From assembly GCA_963729625.1 (NCBI GenBank), contig CAVSOU010000010.1, forward strand, positions 960,001-1,024,000: a stretch of DNA of 64,000 nt, read 5' to 3'. The stretch comes from an uncultured bacterium (GTDB taxonomy: Bacteria > Chloroflexota > UBA5177 > JANWHV01). The notes under the pieces are model-generated. The model was not told the origin of the DNA. It did not search any database and saw nothing but the letters and a program-made list of their open reading frames with translations. This document shows, in pieces, positions 1 to 11,158 of the stretch. Made by a program: the position numbers and the translations under genes. Each line of letters begins with the position of its first letter. The stretch's first letter is position 1.

Positions 1-2
1 AT

Positions 3-98
3 GAACTGGTCATCGAGGCGTATCTCGGCCGCAAAGCGGCTGCTCGCGCCGCGGAAATGCTCGACCGCCGTGACTCGACGGAGGTCGTCAAGCCATGA
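3..98 (+). CDS. livG: 3' end of branched-chain amino acid ABC transporter ATP-binding protein (LivG-like), partial
   Basis: Frame from base 3 reads ELVIEAYLGRK...VVKP*; VIEAYLG is the typical LivG C-terminal motif; stop overlaps the livF start (ATGA at 95-98). Confidence 0.8.
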   Translation, partial: ELVIEAYLGRKAAARAAEMLDRRDSTEVVKP

Positions 99-820
99 GC
101 ATGCTCCAGTTCAATGGGGTGCACACGCATTACGGACCTATTCACGTGTTGAAGGACGTCAACTACCGCGTCGACGAAGGCGAGATCGTGTGCCTGCTGG
201 GCGCCAACGGCGCCGGCAAGACGACGACGATGAAGACGATACTCGGCCTGGTCCGCCCAACCGGCGGTCATGTCGTCTTCAATGGAAAGATTATCGACAA
301 GATGTCGCCGAGCGAGATCGTGAAGGCCGGCATCGCGCCGGTACCAGAGGGGCGCCGCGTCTTCTCGCGCATGACCGTTGCCGAGAACCTTGAGCTTGGG
401 GCGTTTCTCCGAACCGACCATAAGGCCATAGCCGAGGATCTGGCGCGCGTATTCGATCTCTTCCCAAGACTCAAGGAGCGCCGGAAGCAGCTGGCCGGGC
501 TTATGAGCGGCGGCGAGCAGCAGATGCTTGCCATGGGCCGCGGGCTCATGGCCCGGCCTACGCTCCTGATCATGGACGAACCGTCCATGGGACTCTCACC
601 AATCTTCGTGGAACGTGTGTTCGACACCGTGCAGAACATCAACCGCCAGGGCGTCACCATCTTTATGGTGGAGCAAAATGCGAACCTCGCCCTGACGATT
701 GCCAATCGCGGCTATGTGCTTCAGACCGGCGAAGTGGTGCTCGAAGACTCTGCGGCAAACCTGCTGCGCAGCGAGCTCGTGCGGAAGACGTATCTGGGCG
801 AGACGATCGACGTCAACTGA
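95..820 (+). CDS. livF: Branched-chain amino acid ABC transporter ATP-binding protein LivF
   Basis: Walker A GANGAGKT, VPEGRRVF, signature MSGGEQQM, Walker B IMDEPSMGL, VEQNA, C-terminal YLG. Confidence 0.93.
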   Translation: MSMLQFNGVHTHYGPIHVLKDVNYRVDEGEIVCLLGANGAGKTTTMKTILGLVRPTGGHVVFNGKIIDKMSPSEIVKAGIAPVPEGRRVFSRMTVAENLELGAFLRTDHKAIAEDLARVFDLFPRLKERRKQLAGLMSGGEQQMLAMGRGLMARPTLLIMDEPSMGLSPIFVERVFDTVQNINRQGVTIFMVEQNANLALTIANRGYVLQTGEVVLEDSAANLLRSELVRKTYLGETIDVN

Positions 821-925
821 CACTGTGACCGTTTCGCACGATGGCCTAGGCTGGAAGTACGGGGAACGGCGAAGGCGGTCACAGCGGGCAGCTGACCGAT
901 ACTGTACCGTTGGCCCGACTCGTGG

Positions 926-2113
926 GTGATGAAGAACAGGCTGCTGCTATCCCTGGCGATAACGATCGTCCTGTCCGGTTTGGCCGGGCTGCGACAGGTA
1001 AGCAGCCGCTCCTTCGATCGCGTCGTCTCGCTGCCGGGCGACCCTGTCGCCGTCGCCGTGGACAACGCCACCGGACGGGCGTTTGTGATCAACGGAGCCG
1101 ACTACACTGTCGGTGTGCTTGACACTGCCAGCGGGGATCTGCTGCGATCCGTTTCCGTAGGCCGCGGCGCGCTGAGTATCCTGGTCGCCGAAAGCGCGCA
1201 CCGCGTCTTCGTGCCGAATTCAGGCGACAATACAGTCAGTGTCCTGGACGGAAGCTCCGGCCTGGCAGTCCGCACGACCGCGCTGGGCTTCACACCGCGG
1301 CTGGTCGCGGTGGACGAGCGATCGGGTCGAGTCTATGTGACGAGCGCCGGCGGCGATGTCCTCGCCACGCTCGATGCGCGTGCTGGGAACTTGCTCGGCA
1401 CTCTCCGGCTCCGGAGAGTCTTGCTCGCGTTAGCCGTGGATCCCGCGCTGCACCGTCTGCTGCTGGCGAACGCGGATAACACAGTCCAGGCAATCGACGC
1501 CGGCACAGGCAGAGTGCTGTTCGACGTGCGCGTAAGTGGCTATCCGTCCACTATAGATGTGGACGAGCAGACCGGGCGAGTGTTCGTCGGGGACGCGCTG
1601 CACGCCCAGGTAAGCACGCTTGACGCGCGCACCGGCGCAACGTTGGGTCGAGCACAGCTGGCGTCGAGTCCGGAGGCGTTTGTCGTCCTCAACGGCCTGG
1701 CCAAGGTGTTCGTCGCCTGCGTTCCCTCAATCTCCGGATCGAGCGGCGTAGCGGTGCTCGATGCTCGAACTGGGCAGCTTCTGCAGGAAATGCCGCTCAG
1801 CCAGAATCCCGCCAACATGATCGGCGACGATCGAAATGACACGCTTCTCCTCGACGTGGGCAACGCCGTCCTGGCTGTGAGAGTTGCTGACCCAAGTGTC
1901 GTCCGAACGTACCCCGTCCTCGGAGCGCGCTTCACCGCGCAGGGCATGGCGATCGATCGGCGCACGGGTCATTTGTTTGTCGTCAATACCGACAATTCCA
2001 ACGACAGCGCCACCACTTCGGGCTTTGATGTCCTGGGTCGTTGGATTCCCTGGCTGCGCTCCAGGACACTCGCCCCATACGGTAGCCTGAACGAGTTCGC
2101 GATCTCGAACTAG
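926..2113 (+). CDS. Secreted YncE/YVTN-type beta-propeller protein
   Basis: N-terminal signal peptide; repeated P-x-x-VAVD...R-V-F-V and NTVSVLD blades. Confidence 0.8.
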   Translation: MMKNRLLLSLAITIVLSGLAGLRQVSSRSFDRVVSLPGDPVAVAVDNATGRAFVINGADYTVGVLDTASGDLLRSVSVGRGALSILVAESAHRVFVPNSGDNTVSVLDGSSGLAVRTTALGFTPRLVAVDERSGRVYVTSAGGDVLATLDARAGNLLGTLRLRRVLLALAVDPALHRLLLANADNTVQAIDAGTGRVLFDVRVSGYPSTIDVDEQTGRVFVGDALHAQVSTLDARTGATLGRAQLASSPEAFVVLNGLAKVFVACVPSISGSSGVAVLDARTGQLLQEMPLSQNPANMIGDDRNDTLLLDVGNAVLAVRVADPSVVRTYPVLGARFTAQGMAIDRRTGHLFVVNTDNSNDSATTSGFDVLGRWIPWLRSRTLAPYGSLNEFAISN

Positions 2114-2409
2114 TGGGTCGATTGCCTTGCTGACGGCCATTGCCTCCGCACTCGAGACCCGGCCGCAACCGGCGGGGAGCTTCGCCGGCCGGCCTCCGGG
2201 TACCCACGTGCAGCGTGGGTCGTGACTTCAGGCCGCTCCGTCCGAACGACATCGAGCGTGGCAAGTGAGCCACCACCAGTGCGTTCGGCAGGAATGCACT
2301 GGAGAAATCGGCGCCGGCGCTTCAGCACGGAAGACCTTACGTCATCGCTCAACGGCCGGATTGAGGCCTTCGCCGACTGCGGAACCAGGGTGGACGCGGT
2401 ATATAGCGC

Positions 2410-3057
2410 TCAGTGCACGGGCTGCCGATCGAGCGGCGGCTTGAGCGGGCTCAAGTGAGACGTATCGTTGAACAGCGAGAGGACAGCGTCGTCTTCGTAG
2501 ACCTCGACGATCGAAAGCGAGGCATTGTCGAGCCGCAGCTTCCGCGCGTCACGGTTCGACATCTCGAGATACTGCGCGACCAGTGTCCGAAGAGAACCGC
2601 CATGCCCGGCGACCAGGATTGACGCGTCGTCCTCGGACTGGTGGCGCGCCAGCGAGTTCGCGAAATCGCGGACTCGCCGATCGAGATCGGCCGCCGACTC
2701 GCCGCCAAGTGGCGTCTGGTTCTCTCGATCGGCAAGGAACGACTCCCATTCCTCCGGAAACTGCGCGCGGACCTCCTGCCTTGTCAGGCCTTCCCATAGT
2801 CCGTAGCTCACCTCATTGAGGTCGGAGGATGTGTACAGTGGGCAGGACCGGCCATTCAAGAGAATCACCGCGGACTCACGCGCCCTGTCAAGCTCGCTGC
2901 AGTAGCTTGCCTGGAAGTCCTCCGTGCGCAAGCGGTCGCGCAGCCTTCGCACCTGGTCCCGTCCCTCATCGCTAAGCGGCACGTCGACCCGCCCCTGGTA
3001 CATGCCGCCTTCATTCCAGGTGGTAATTCCATGTCTAACAAGAAACAACCGAATCAT
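2410..3057 (-). CDS. Histidine phosphatase (phosphoglycerate mutase/CobC-like) family protein
   Basis: VRHG catalytic motif, SELDRA, LNEVSYGLWEG, GES, GHGG, NASLS, FNDTSHL. Confidence 0.92.
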   Translation of the reverse strand: MIRLFLVRHGITTWNEGGMYQGRVDVPLSDEGRDQVRRLRDRLRTEDFQASYCSELDRARESAVILLNGRSCPLYTSSDLNEVSYGLWEGLTRQEVRAQFPEEWESFLADRENQTPLGGESAADLDRRVRDFANSLARHQSEDDASILVAGHGGSLRTLVAQYLEMSNRDARKLRLDNASLSIVEVYEDDAVLSLFNDTSHLSPLKPPLDRQPVH

Positions 3058-3702
3058 CTACTCACGTTTCCTCGGTGCGAAGCCGTTATAGAGCAAGCTA
3101 GGGGCAATCATCAAGCGTCCGGACTGCATCAACACCGGCAGCGTCTCCTGAATGAATACCTTGACAAGCCGCCTGTCCCACGTCGTGCCGGCCTCCCTGG
3201 CAAGAATGACGAGCGCTTGAGCAAGCGGGATGCCGGCCCGGAATGGACGCTCGTGCGTCATCGCTTCGAAGCTGTCGCAGATACACAAGATCCTGGAGCC
3301 CAACGGAATACTCTCACCGCTCAGGCCATCGGGATAGCCTTTCCCATCAAATCGCTCGTGGTGGTGGCGCACGAGCTTGGCAAGGGCCTTCGTTTCCAGT
3401 CGCTCCAACAGGGACTCGGCGCCTCGCGCCGCATGGGACTGCACGATCTCCCACTCGTCCGGTGTCAACGGGCCTTGCTTGCAGAGCACATCGCGGGGCA
3501 GTCCGAGCCGTCCAATATCATGCACCCGAGCTGCATCGAGAATCAGCTGTTCCGTCTCACATTCGCTGCCAAGGCTTTTGAGAAGATACGAGACGTAGAG
3601 CGCCACTCTGCCGCCATGTCCAGGCGTCCCGGCATGCAGATCGGCGCGGTCGGCCATACTCACCAGGTTGAGCATTACATTCTCGGCAATCATGCTTCTC
3701 AT
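3058..3702 (-). CDS. Stand-alone HD-GYP domain protein (cyclic dinucleotide phosphodiesterase family)
   Basis: HGGRV, VHDIG, HHERFDGKGYP, IPLGSRI..CD motifs; abuts the phosphatase gene (operon); start could be 3693. Confidence 0.9.
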   Translation of the reverse strand: MRSMIAENVMLNLVSMADRADLHAGTPGHGGRVALYVSYLLKSLGSECETEQLILDAARVHDIGRLGLPRDVLCKQGPLTPDEWEIVQSHAARGAESLLERLETKALAKLVRHHHERFDGKGYPDGLSGESIPLGSRILCICDSFEAMTHERPFRAGIPLAQALVILAREAGTTWDRRLVKVFIQETLPVLMQSGRLMIAPSLLYNGFAPRKRE

Positions 3703-4077
3703 CCTAACGCCGGTTCCGGCCCGGCGCTAGAGCCTGATCATGCCAGTTCGACTCTGCCATATGTCACGAAGTATTCTGGCTTCGAGCTTGTTCGAGCGCG
3801 CCTGATGTACTGCCAGGAAGGCCGGACCGGCCCTCCGATCTGCTACCGTGATTGCCGTGGCCCTGCACGTAAGAGCGCGTTGCGGGGCACGGTGATCCCG
3901 GGCAATCACAGTGTGACGGGAGGATCGATTGATAAGCCCGTTGCCGGAAAGGTGCAGACTGGCGATACTGTCCGTCGTGGCTCGTGTCTGCGTCTTGATG
4001 CCATTGCGTGGAGATACACGCGGGCTGACGAGCGTGCGGTACATGGCGAATGCGTGCGAGACTAGAAGGCTGCTCAG

Positions 4078-4731
4078 TTGAACGGATTCACACCACCTGC
4101 AACGGTCGACAGACTCACGATCTTCGCCGCACTGCTGGCAGTGCTGGCGCTTGCTTCGTTTGTGTCCGGAATCACGCGCATGCTTACCGAGCGCCGCGCT
4201 CGAGTGTTCAGGCTGCTTGGAGGCCCCGCCATTCTGCTGGCGGCGCTGGCGGTCTTCGCCGTGGCAGGCTGGGCGCAGACCTATCGTGCGCTGATCCGCA
4301 ACCAGCTCGTGGCCACCGTGACCGCCGTACCTGTGCCCGGGAAGGCACAGACAATGCAGGTCGTCTTCACGCCGATGCTGGACGGCAAATCTGGACGTGC
4401 GAAGACGTTCACGATACGAGGAGACGAATGGCAGCTCGGCGGGGACGTGGTCACGTGGCAAGACTGGCTGAATATTCTCGGCGTGCACACCGGATATCGG
4501 ATTACGCAGTTGGACGGATACTACGAGAACCCGAACGACTACAAGACAAGGCCGGTCACGCGCTATGACCTCGGCAGCGCCCATGACACCGTGAGCGAGT
4601 TTCAGCACCAACACGCGAACCTGATGGCGTTCGTGCGCACGACACACGGGAACGGCGTGCGCATGCTGCCCAGCCCGGCTATCTACCAGGTGTACCTCTC
4701 AACGTCAGGCTATTGGGCGGCACAGAGCTAG
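4078..4731 (+). CDS. Hypothetical membrane protein (two N-terminal TM helices plus soluble domain)
   Basis: 217-aa ORF with coding-like composition, two hydrophobic helices and a GDEWQL motif; TTG start uncertain. Confidence 0.7.
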   Translation: MNGFTPPATVDRLTIFAALLAVLALASFVSGITRMLTERRARVFRLLGGPAILLAALAVFAVAGWAQTYRALIRNQLVATVTAVPVPGKAQTMQVVFTPMLDGKSGRAKTFTIRGDEWQLGGDVVTWQDWLNILGVHTGYRITQLDGYYENPNDYKTRPVTRYDLGSAHDTVSEFQHQHANLMAFVRTTHGNGVRMLPSPAIYQVYLSTSGYWAAQS

Positions 4732-4750
4732 GTGCACGCCCGGCTGATAT

Positions 4751-4777
4751 TTAGCAGCCCTTGATCGAGACTGCTAA
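4751..4777 (+). promoter_or_regulatory. CIRCE (HrcA operator) copy 1, variant
   Basis: TTAGCAGCC-N9-GACTGCTAA versus consensus TTAGCACTC-N9-GAGTGCTAA, directly upstream of groES. Confidence 0.85.
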
Positions 4778-4789
4778 ACGACGTATACT
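4761..4789 (+). promoter_or_regulatory. Sigma70-type promoter of groESL
   Basis: -35 TTGATC (4761-4766), 17-bp spacer, -10 TATACT (4784-4789); -35 lies inside CIRCE 1. Confidence 0.75.
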
Positions 4790-4801
4790 ACCTTGTGGAC
4801 G

Positions 4802-4828
4802 TTAGCAGTCGAGCTGCCCGACTGCTAG
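4802..4828 (+). promoter_or_regulatory. CIRCE (HrcA operator) copy 2, variant
   Basis: TTAGCAGTC-N9-GACTGCTAG just downstream of the -10 element. Confidence 0.85.
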
Positions 4829-4869
4829 CCTTAGGTTGTAAGCAGCATGGAATTCAGGAGGTTCAGGCG

Positions 4870-5172
4870 TTGGCAACGGATGTTAAGGTTCAGGTCCGTC
4901 CCCTGGGCGACCGCGTGGTGATCAGGCCGGCGAACAAGGAAGAAGTAAGCGCTGCTGGCGTCATCCTGCCGGACACTGCCAAGGAGAAGCCCCAGAAGGG
5001 CACGATCATCGCAGTTGGTCCTGGTCGCATGCTCGACAATGGCACCCGCCAGGTACCCGAGGTCTCCGTCGGCGAGGAAGTGCTGTATGCAAAGTATGCC
5101 GGCACCGAAGTCAAGGTCGAGGGTGAAGAGTATCTGATCCTGTCTGAGAAGGACATTCTGGCAATCGTCTGA
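4870..5172 (+). CDS. groES: Co-chaperonin GroES
   Basis: [45 protein letters not shown]; TTG start at 4870 behind AGGAGG. Confidence 0.97.
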   Translation: MATDVKVQVRPLGDRVVIRPANKEEVSAAGVILPDTAKEKPQKGTIIAVGPGRMLDNGTRQVPEVSVGEEVLYAKYAGTEVKVEGEEYLILSEKDILAIV

Positions 5173-5242
5173 GGCGCATCCCTGTGTTGAAGCAGGATGA
5201 GGAATGGCCGGCACGTGTGTGCCGCTGAAACAGGAGGAATGA

Positions 5243-6865
<1,623 letters not shown>

Positions 6866-6886
6866 ATCGGCAACCAACGCTTCGTG

Positions 6887-6921
6887 AGGAGCCCGGCACA
6901 ATGATTGTGCCGGGCTCCTTT
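6887..6921 (+). terminator. Intrinsic terminator after groEL
   Basis: 15-bp perfect stem AGGAGCCCGGCACAA/TTGTGCCGGGCTCCT followed by short T run, between convergent groEL and pepF. Confidence 0.85.
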
Positions 6922-7082
6922 GTCACTTCTCCTTGCCGGCCCACAGAGCCGGTGTCCTGGCAATGGGACGGCGTGTCTCACCGCATCGCGGCGACACTCG
7001 AGATAGGCCTCGAGCTCCCACGTGTTCAAGCCATCACCGTTGTCCGGGGACGAGTCGGGACAAGGCGCCGAGTCCGCCGACA

Positions 7083-8903
7083 TTACGGCGTGAGACAGAC
7101 GAGTTGCTCGAGGCGATCGATCAGACCGGCCATCACGTCGAATGTCCGGTCGATGGGCTCGGCATCGGCAAGATCGACGCCTGCACCTTTGAGCAAGCTC
7201 AGCGGGTAGTCAGACGAGCCGGATTTCAGGAAGGTCAAGTAGCGGTCAACCGCATGTGGCTTGCCATCGAGCACCGCTTGAGCCAGCACATTTCCGCCCG
7301 AGATTCCCGTAATGTACTGGAACACGTAGAAGTTGAGATACATATGGGTGGGGAACTCTGCCCAGGTAATCCCCGTCCGATCGCGATCTTCCGCCACCTG
7401 CGGACCGTAACCCTCCGCAAAGAGCGCGGCGGTGCGCTCGACCATGAAGTCGGCCGTCAGCGGCTGCCCGTGCTCGGCGCGGTCGTGCAACTCAAGTTCT
7501 AGCTGCGCCAGAATCGGCATGATGAAGAAATAGCGGTGGAAGTTATTCATCGCCTCCTCAATCACCGCGATCTGGAAGTCGCGACCGGCGGCGTTCGCCA
7601 GCAGATGAGCGCGGACCATCGCCTGATGGAAGTTCGATGCAACCTCGGCCGCGAAGATGCCGTACCAGCAGTAGATCTTCGGCTGCGTCCGCCAGGTCAT
7701 GTACGAGTGCATTGAGTGGCCGAGTTCGTGCGCCAGGGTGCTCATGCTGTAGATGTCGTCCGCGTAGCTCATCAGGATGAAGGGATGCGTACCAGGAACG
7801 CCGCTAGAAAACGCTCCAGCACGCTTACCCTTGTTTGGATAGCGGTCGACCCAGCGCTGCTCGAATACACCGCGCTGCATGGCGGATACATAGTCGTCGC
7901 CTAAGGGCTGCATAGATTCGAGGATCCAGGTCATCGCCTGGTCGAAGGTGACCCGAAGCGGGCGTGCGCTGAGCGGAGCCTTCCGGTCATATGGCTGAAG
8001 CAAGCCGGTGCCCAGCGCCTGCCGCCGGACAGCCCAATAGCGATGCCAAACCGGAAGGTGCCGTCTGAAGGAGGCGACAACCGCGTGGAATACACCTGTC
8101 GGAATATGGTTAGGGGTGAGCGCAGCATCGAGCGAACTCGCGTACTTACGCACGCGGGCCTCGAACACATGTTGCTTGACCCCTGCCGATATGCAGTTCG
8201 CCATCGTGCCCTTGAAGGCGACGTGCGCATCAGCGTAATGCTCGAACGCAGTGCGTCGCACCTCACGATCGGGGTCGGCCAACAGCGAATCGATGTTGCC
8301 ATGACTTATCTCAATCGCCACTCCGCCCGCGTTGCGCGCAGGAACGATCGGCAGGTTCGTATCGGCCAGGATGCCATGTGTGGCACTGGCCACGGTGAAC
8401 GGATCCTGCAGGAGGCCAAGCACTTCCTCGATCTCGGGCGAGCAGACGTGCTCTTGCAGCCGTCGCAAAGTGTCGAGATAGTGCACGTACACGTGAAGTC
8501 GTGGTTCCTGCTCAATCCAACCAAGCACGAAATCCAGACCTATGCCCAGTAGTTCAGGCTCGATGAAAGCCAGCGCTGCACGCACCTGGGCGAGGAGGCT
8601 GAGCGACCTGTCGCGCTTGGCGACCGCTATCGGATCGCCTTTGTCTACCTCGTAGAACATCGAGGCGTAGAGGCGCAGCCGGTCCGTGCGCAATGCCAGG
8701 TCGTCCGACATCTCCAGAGCGTCGCAGAGTGTCGAAGCGCTTTCGTGGAGGCGTCCTCTGAAACCAGAAACAGCTGGAAGTAGGGCAGTGACGTGCTCGA
8801 TCTCTGCTTCCCAAGCGCCATCGCTCTGAAACACACTCGAGGCGTCCCAGGTGTCTTCGATGGAAATCGCGCTCCGAGGCGGAACCGCTTGCCTAGCCAT
8901 CAT
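7083..8903 (-). CDS. pepF: Oligoendopeptidase F (peptidase M3B)
   Basis: GKRAGAFS, HELGHSMH zinc motif, AEVASNFH, HMYLNFYVFQY. Confidence 0.95.
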   Translation of the reverse strand: MMARQAVPPRSAISIEDTWDASSVFQSDGAWEAEIEHVTALLPAVSGFRGRLHESASTLCDALEMSDDLALRTDRLRLYASMFYEVDKGDPIAVAKRDRSLSLLAQVRAALAFIEPELLGIGLDFVLGWIEQEPRLHVYVHYLDTLRRLQEHVCSPEIEEVLGLLQDPFTVASATHGILADTNLPIVPARNAGGVAIEISHGNIDSLLADPDREVRRTAFEHYADAHVAFKGTMANCISAGVKQHVFEARVRKYASSLDAALTPNHIPTGVFHAVVASFRRHLPVWHRYWAVRRQALGTGLLQPYDRKAPLSARPLRVTFDQAMTWILESMQPLGDDYVSAMQRGVFEQRWVDRYPNKGKRAGAFSSGVPGTHPFILMSYADDIYSMSTLAHELGHSMHSYMTWRTQPKIYCWYGIFAAEVASNFHQAMVRAHLLANAAGRDFQIAVIEEAMNNFHRYFFIMPILAQLELELHDRAEHGQPLTADFMVERTAALFAEGYGPQVAEDRDRTGITWAEFPTHMYLNFYVFQYITGISGGNVLAQAVLDGKPHAVDRYLTFLKSGSSDYPLSLLKGAGVDLADAEPIDRTFDVMAGLIDRLEQLVCLTP

Positions 8904-9412
8904 GCCTCCGTCCCTTTAGGCTCACTACAAGACGCGACGAATCTCGTTGCCTAGCACGAGCGTCGGTACGGCGCCGGGTCAACTCCGGCCCAGCGCCATG
9001 TCGTACACGTTTGCGAATTCGAGTAAGCCATCACCACGTGCTCGGTTAGCGCCCACTCAGGGCCCATGCGTCGCGAGCAAGCCACATGCGCGCCGGCGCT
9101 CGATGCATCCGGGCGCCCCCGGGCGCGCGGACCGCCCGCGCTCGCGAACGAAAGCAAACCGGCAGCGGCGGCGCTCACGATCGCTTCCAATCGTACCAGG
9201 CTCACCCGCGCGGCGGCGCAAGACGCTGGAGACCAAGCTCGAACAGGCCCACGTCCGCGACAACGCTGCGACCCTCCTCGTGCCCGCTCTTGTGGGCACA
9301 TGCGGAACACCTGACGTTGCGAGCGGAGCTCGATCCGCAGGCGCAGAGGATTCGGCACCGCACCTGACCGGTCGCGCATTGATCCCGACCGCTTGCGCCC
9401 ACTTGCGATCGG

Positions 9413-10957
9413 CTACCGCGACACCCCCGCAGCCTGCACAATCCGCTGCCCGACCAGCTCCGCGGCCAGCGCTTCGACGACCTCGGCGTCAAACTGTGTG
9501 GCTGCGCAGCGGCGCAGCTCTTGCAGGCTGTCCTCCGCCGAATGGCGCTGCTGATACGGGCGGTCCGCCGTGAGTGCGCGATAGGCGTCAGCTACTGCAA
9601 CGATGCGTGCCCCAAGCGGGATCTCTCCACCAATCAGGCGGTCCGGGTATCCACGCCCGTCCCATCGCTCGTGGTGTGCGCGGATGATCGGCGACAGCGG
9701 GCGGAGGGCGGGAACGCGGCCGACGACGTCCGCTCCGATTTCCGGGTGCCTCCGCAGGATCTTCCACTCCTCATCGGTGAGCGGAGCACCCTCCTTGACG
9801 AGAACGGAGTCCGGAACCGCGATCTTCCCTATGTCCTGCAGACGGGCGGCCATCTCGACCAATCGGATCTCCTTTTCGCTCATGCCGAGCCTGACCGCCA
9901 TACCCGTGGCCAGGCTGACGACAGCCTGGCAGTGCTCGCCTGTGTAGCGATCCCGGGCGGAGACCAGCACTGCCATGGCTTCGACCGTCCCGGCAAGGGT
10001 GGCATCCTCGTGCAGATCTGAGCGAGTGTCCACCCGCTCCAGCGCACCGACCGCAGGATCGGAGGCCGATCTGACTTGGTTCCGCCCCAGACGCTTCGCA
10101 GCATACATCGCGGCGTCGGCGGCCGCCACCAGTCCATTGCTGCTCTTGGAATCATCGGGATAGACCGCGAGACCGATCGAGGAGGTCACGCGACCGGCCT
10201 CGCCCGATACAAAGGGGTGTTCGGCGATAGCGGTGCGCAGGGCCTCCGATGCTCGCATGCCACCGTCGGAGCTGGTCTCCGGCAATATGGCCAGAAACTC
10301 CTCGCCACCCCACCTGCCTGCCACGCTGGTAGGACTGAGTGTGGCGCGCACTACCTTCGCGAGCTCGACCAGCGTGTCATCGCCCGCTTGGTGGCCGAAT
10401 GTATCGTTCAGCGCTTTGAAGTGGTCGAGGTCGATGAACAACACGGTGAAGTGGCGGCCGGTTGTCTGTGCCCGTGCCACCTCGCGATCGAGCTCGTCAA
10501 CCAGCGCGCGGTGATTGAGCAGGGCAGTGAGCGGGTCCGTTGTTGCCAGCCGTTCGAGGCGCGCATTTGCGTCGGATAACGCCACGTTCTGTGCCTCGAT
10601 TTCGGCTTTGAGACGCACGGTCTCGTCGTCGAACTCCTTCAGCGAGCTGACGAAGTCTTCGAGAACCTGCAGCTCTTCCTTGAGCGCCGTTTCCTCCCTG
10701 TCCGCTTCCTGCATGCGGACTCGCAGGCCCCGAAGCTCCCGGCGTGAGCGCGCGCCACGCAAGACGCACAGCAAGAGGCCGCTCAGCGCGACGAGCATGC
10801 CAACCGCGAGCCATACGCTGCCTCGCGTCACGCAGATGACTCCGAGCCCGACCACGAGGCAACCGACCGCTGCGGCGTCCAGACTGCCTACTGCGATCGC
10901 CGTACGCCGGTACTTGACATCAGCGAGGCTTGTTTCTGCCAAGTCTATCGCCGCCAA
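9413..10957 (-). CDS. Membrane-anchored diguanylate cyclase (GGEEF) fused to HD-GYP domain
   Basis: Two TM helices, coiled coil, TDPLTALLN, DLDHFKALND, RWGGEEF; C-terminal HD-GYP with HHERWDGRGYP but QD in place of HD; start uncertain. Confidence 0.9.
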   Translation of the reverse strand: MAAIDLAETSLADVKYRRTAIAVGSLDAAAVGCLVVGLGVICVTRGSVWLAVGMLVALSGLLLCVLRGARSRRELRGLRVRMQEADREETALKEELQVLEDFVSSLKEFDDETVRLKAEIEAQNVALSDANARLERLATTDPLTALLNHRALVDELDREVARAQTTGRHFTVLFIDLDHFKALNDTFGHQAGDDTLVELAKVVRATLSPTSVAGRWGGEEFLAILPETSSDGGMRASEALRTAIAEHPFVSGEAGRVTSSIGLAVYPDDSKSSNGLVAAADAAMYAAKRLGRNQVRSASDPAVGALERVDTRSDLHEDATLAGTVEAMAVLVSARDRYTGEHCQAVVSLATGMAVRLGMSEKEIRLVEMAARLQDIGKIAVPDSVLVKEGAPLTDEEWKILRRHPEIGADVVGRVPALRPLSPIIRAHHERWDGRGYPDRLIGGEIPLGARIVAVADAYRALTADRPYQQRHSAEDSLQELRRCAATQFDAEVVEALAAELVGQRIVQAAGVSR

Positions 10958-11158
10958 CTCTCCCGCGACTCAACGCGCGGTCTCGAATGCTCTACGCCAG
11001 GACATGGTTCCAGGCGGACGCTACGCAAGCCGTGCGTATCACCTGCCGCCCGGAGTACAGCCTCGTTTTGACACCTTGCCGCTTGCAATGAGCCTATCAC
11101 GACTGATAGCACGTCGATACTCCCCCATTTGGCTGAATCAGCCCAGGAAAGGACGCGC

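Noticed and set aside
2169-2302. Three small hairpins between convergent genes
   Set aside because: Expected in GC-rich DNA and explainable as terminators; no ncRNA family motif seen.
8947-9410. Several overlapping ORFs and protein-like fragments between pepF and the GGDEF gene
   Set aside because: No RBS-supported start or recognisable motif; at most a decayed remnant.
10958-11005. In-frame upstream ATG (11005) separated from the GGDEF ORF by one TGA (possible readthrough/Sec)
   Set aside because: Weak RBS, no SECIS-like hairpin recognised, and TTG 10957 has its own GGGAGAG RBS.
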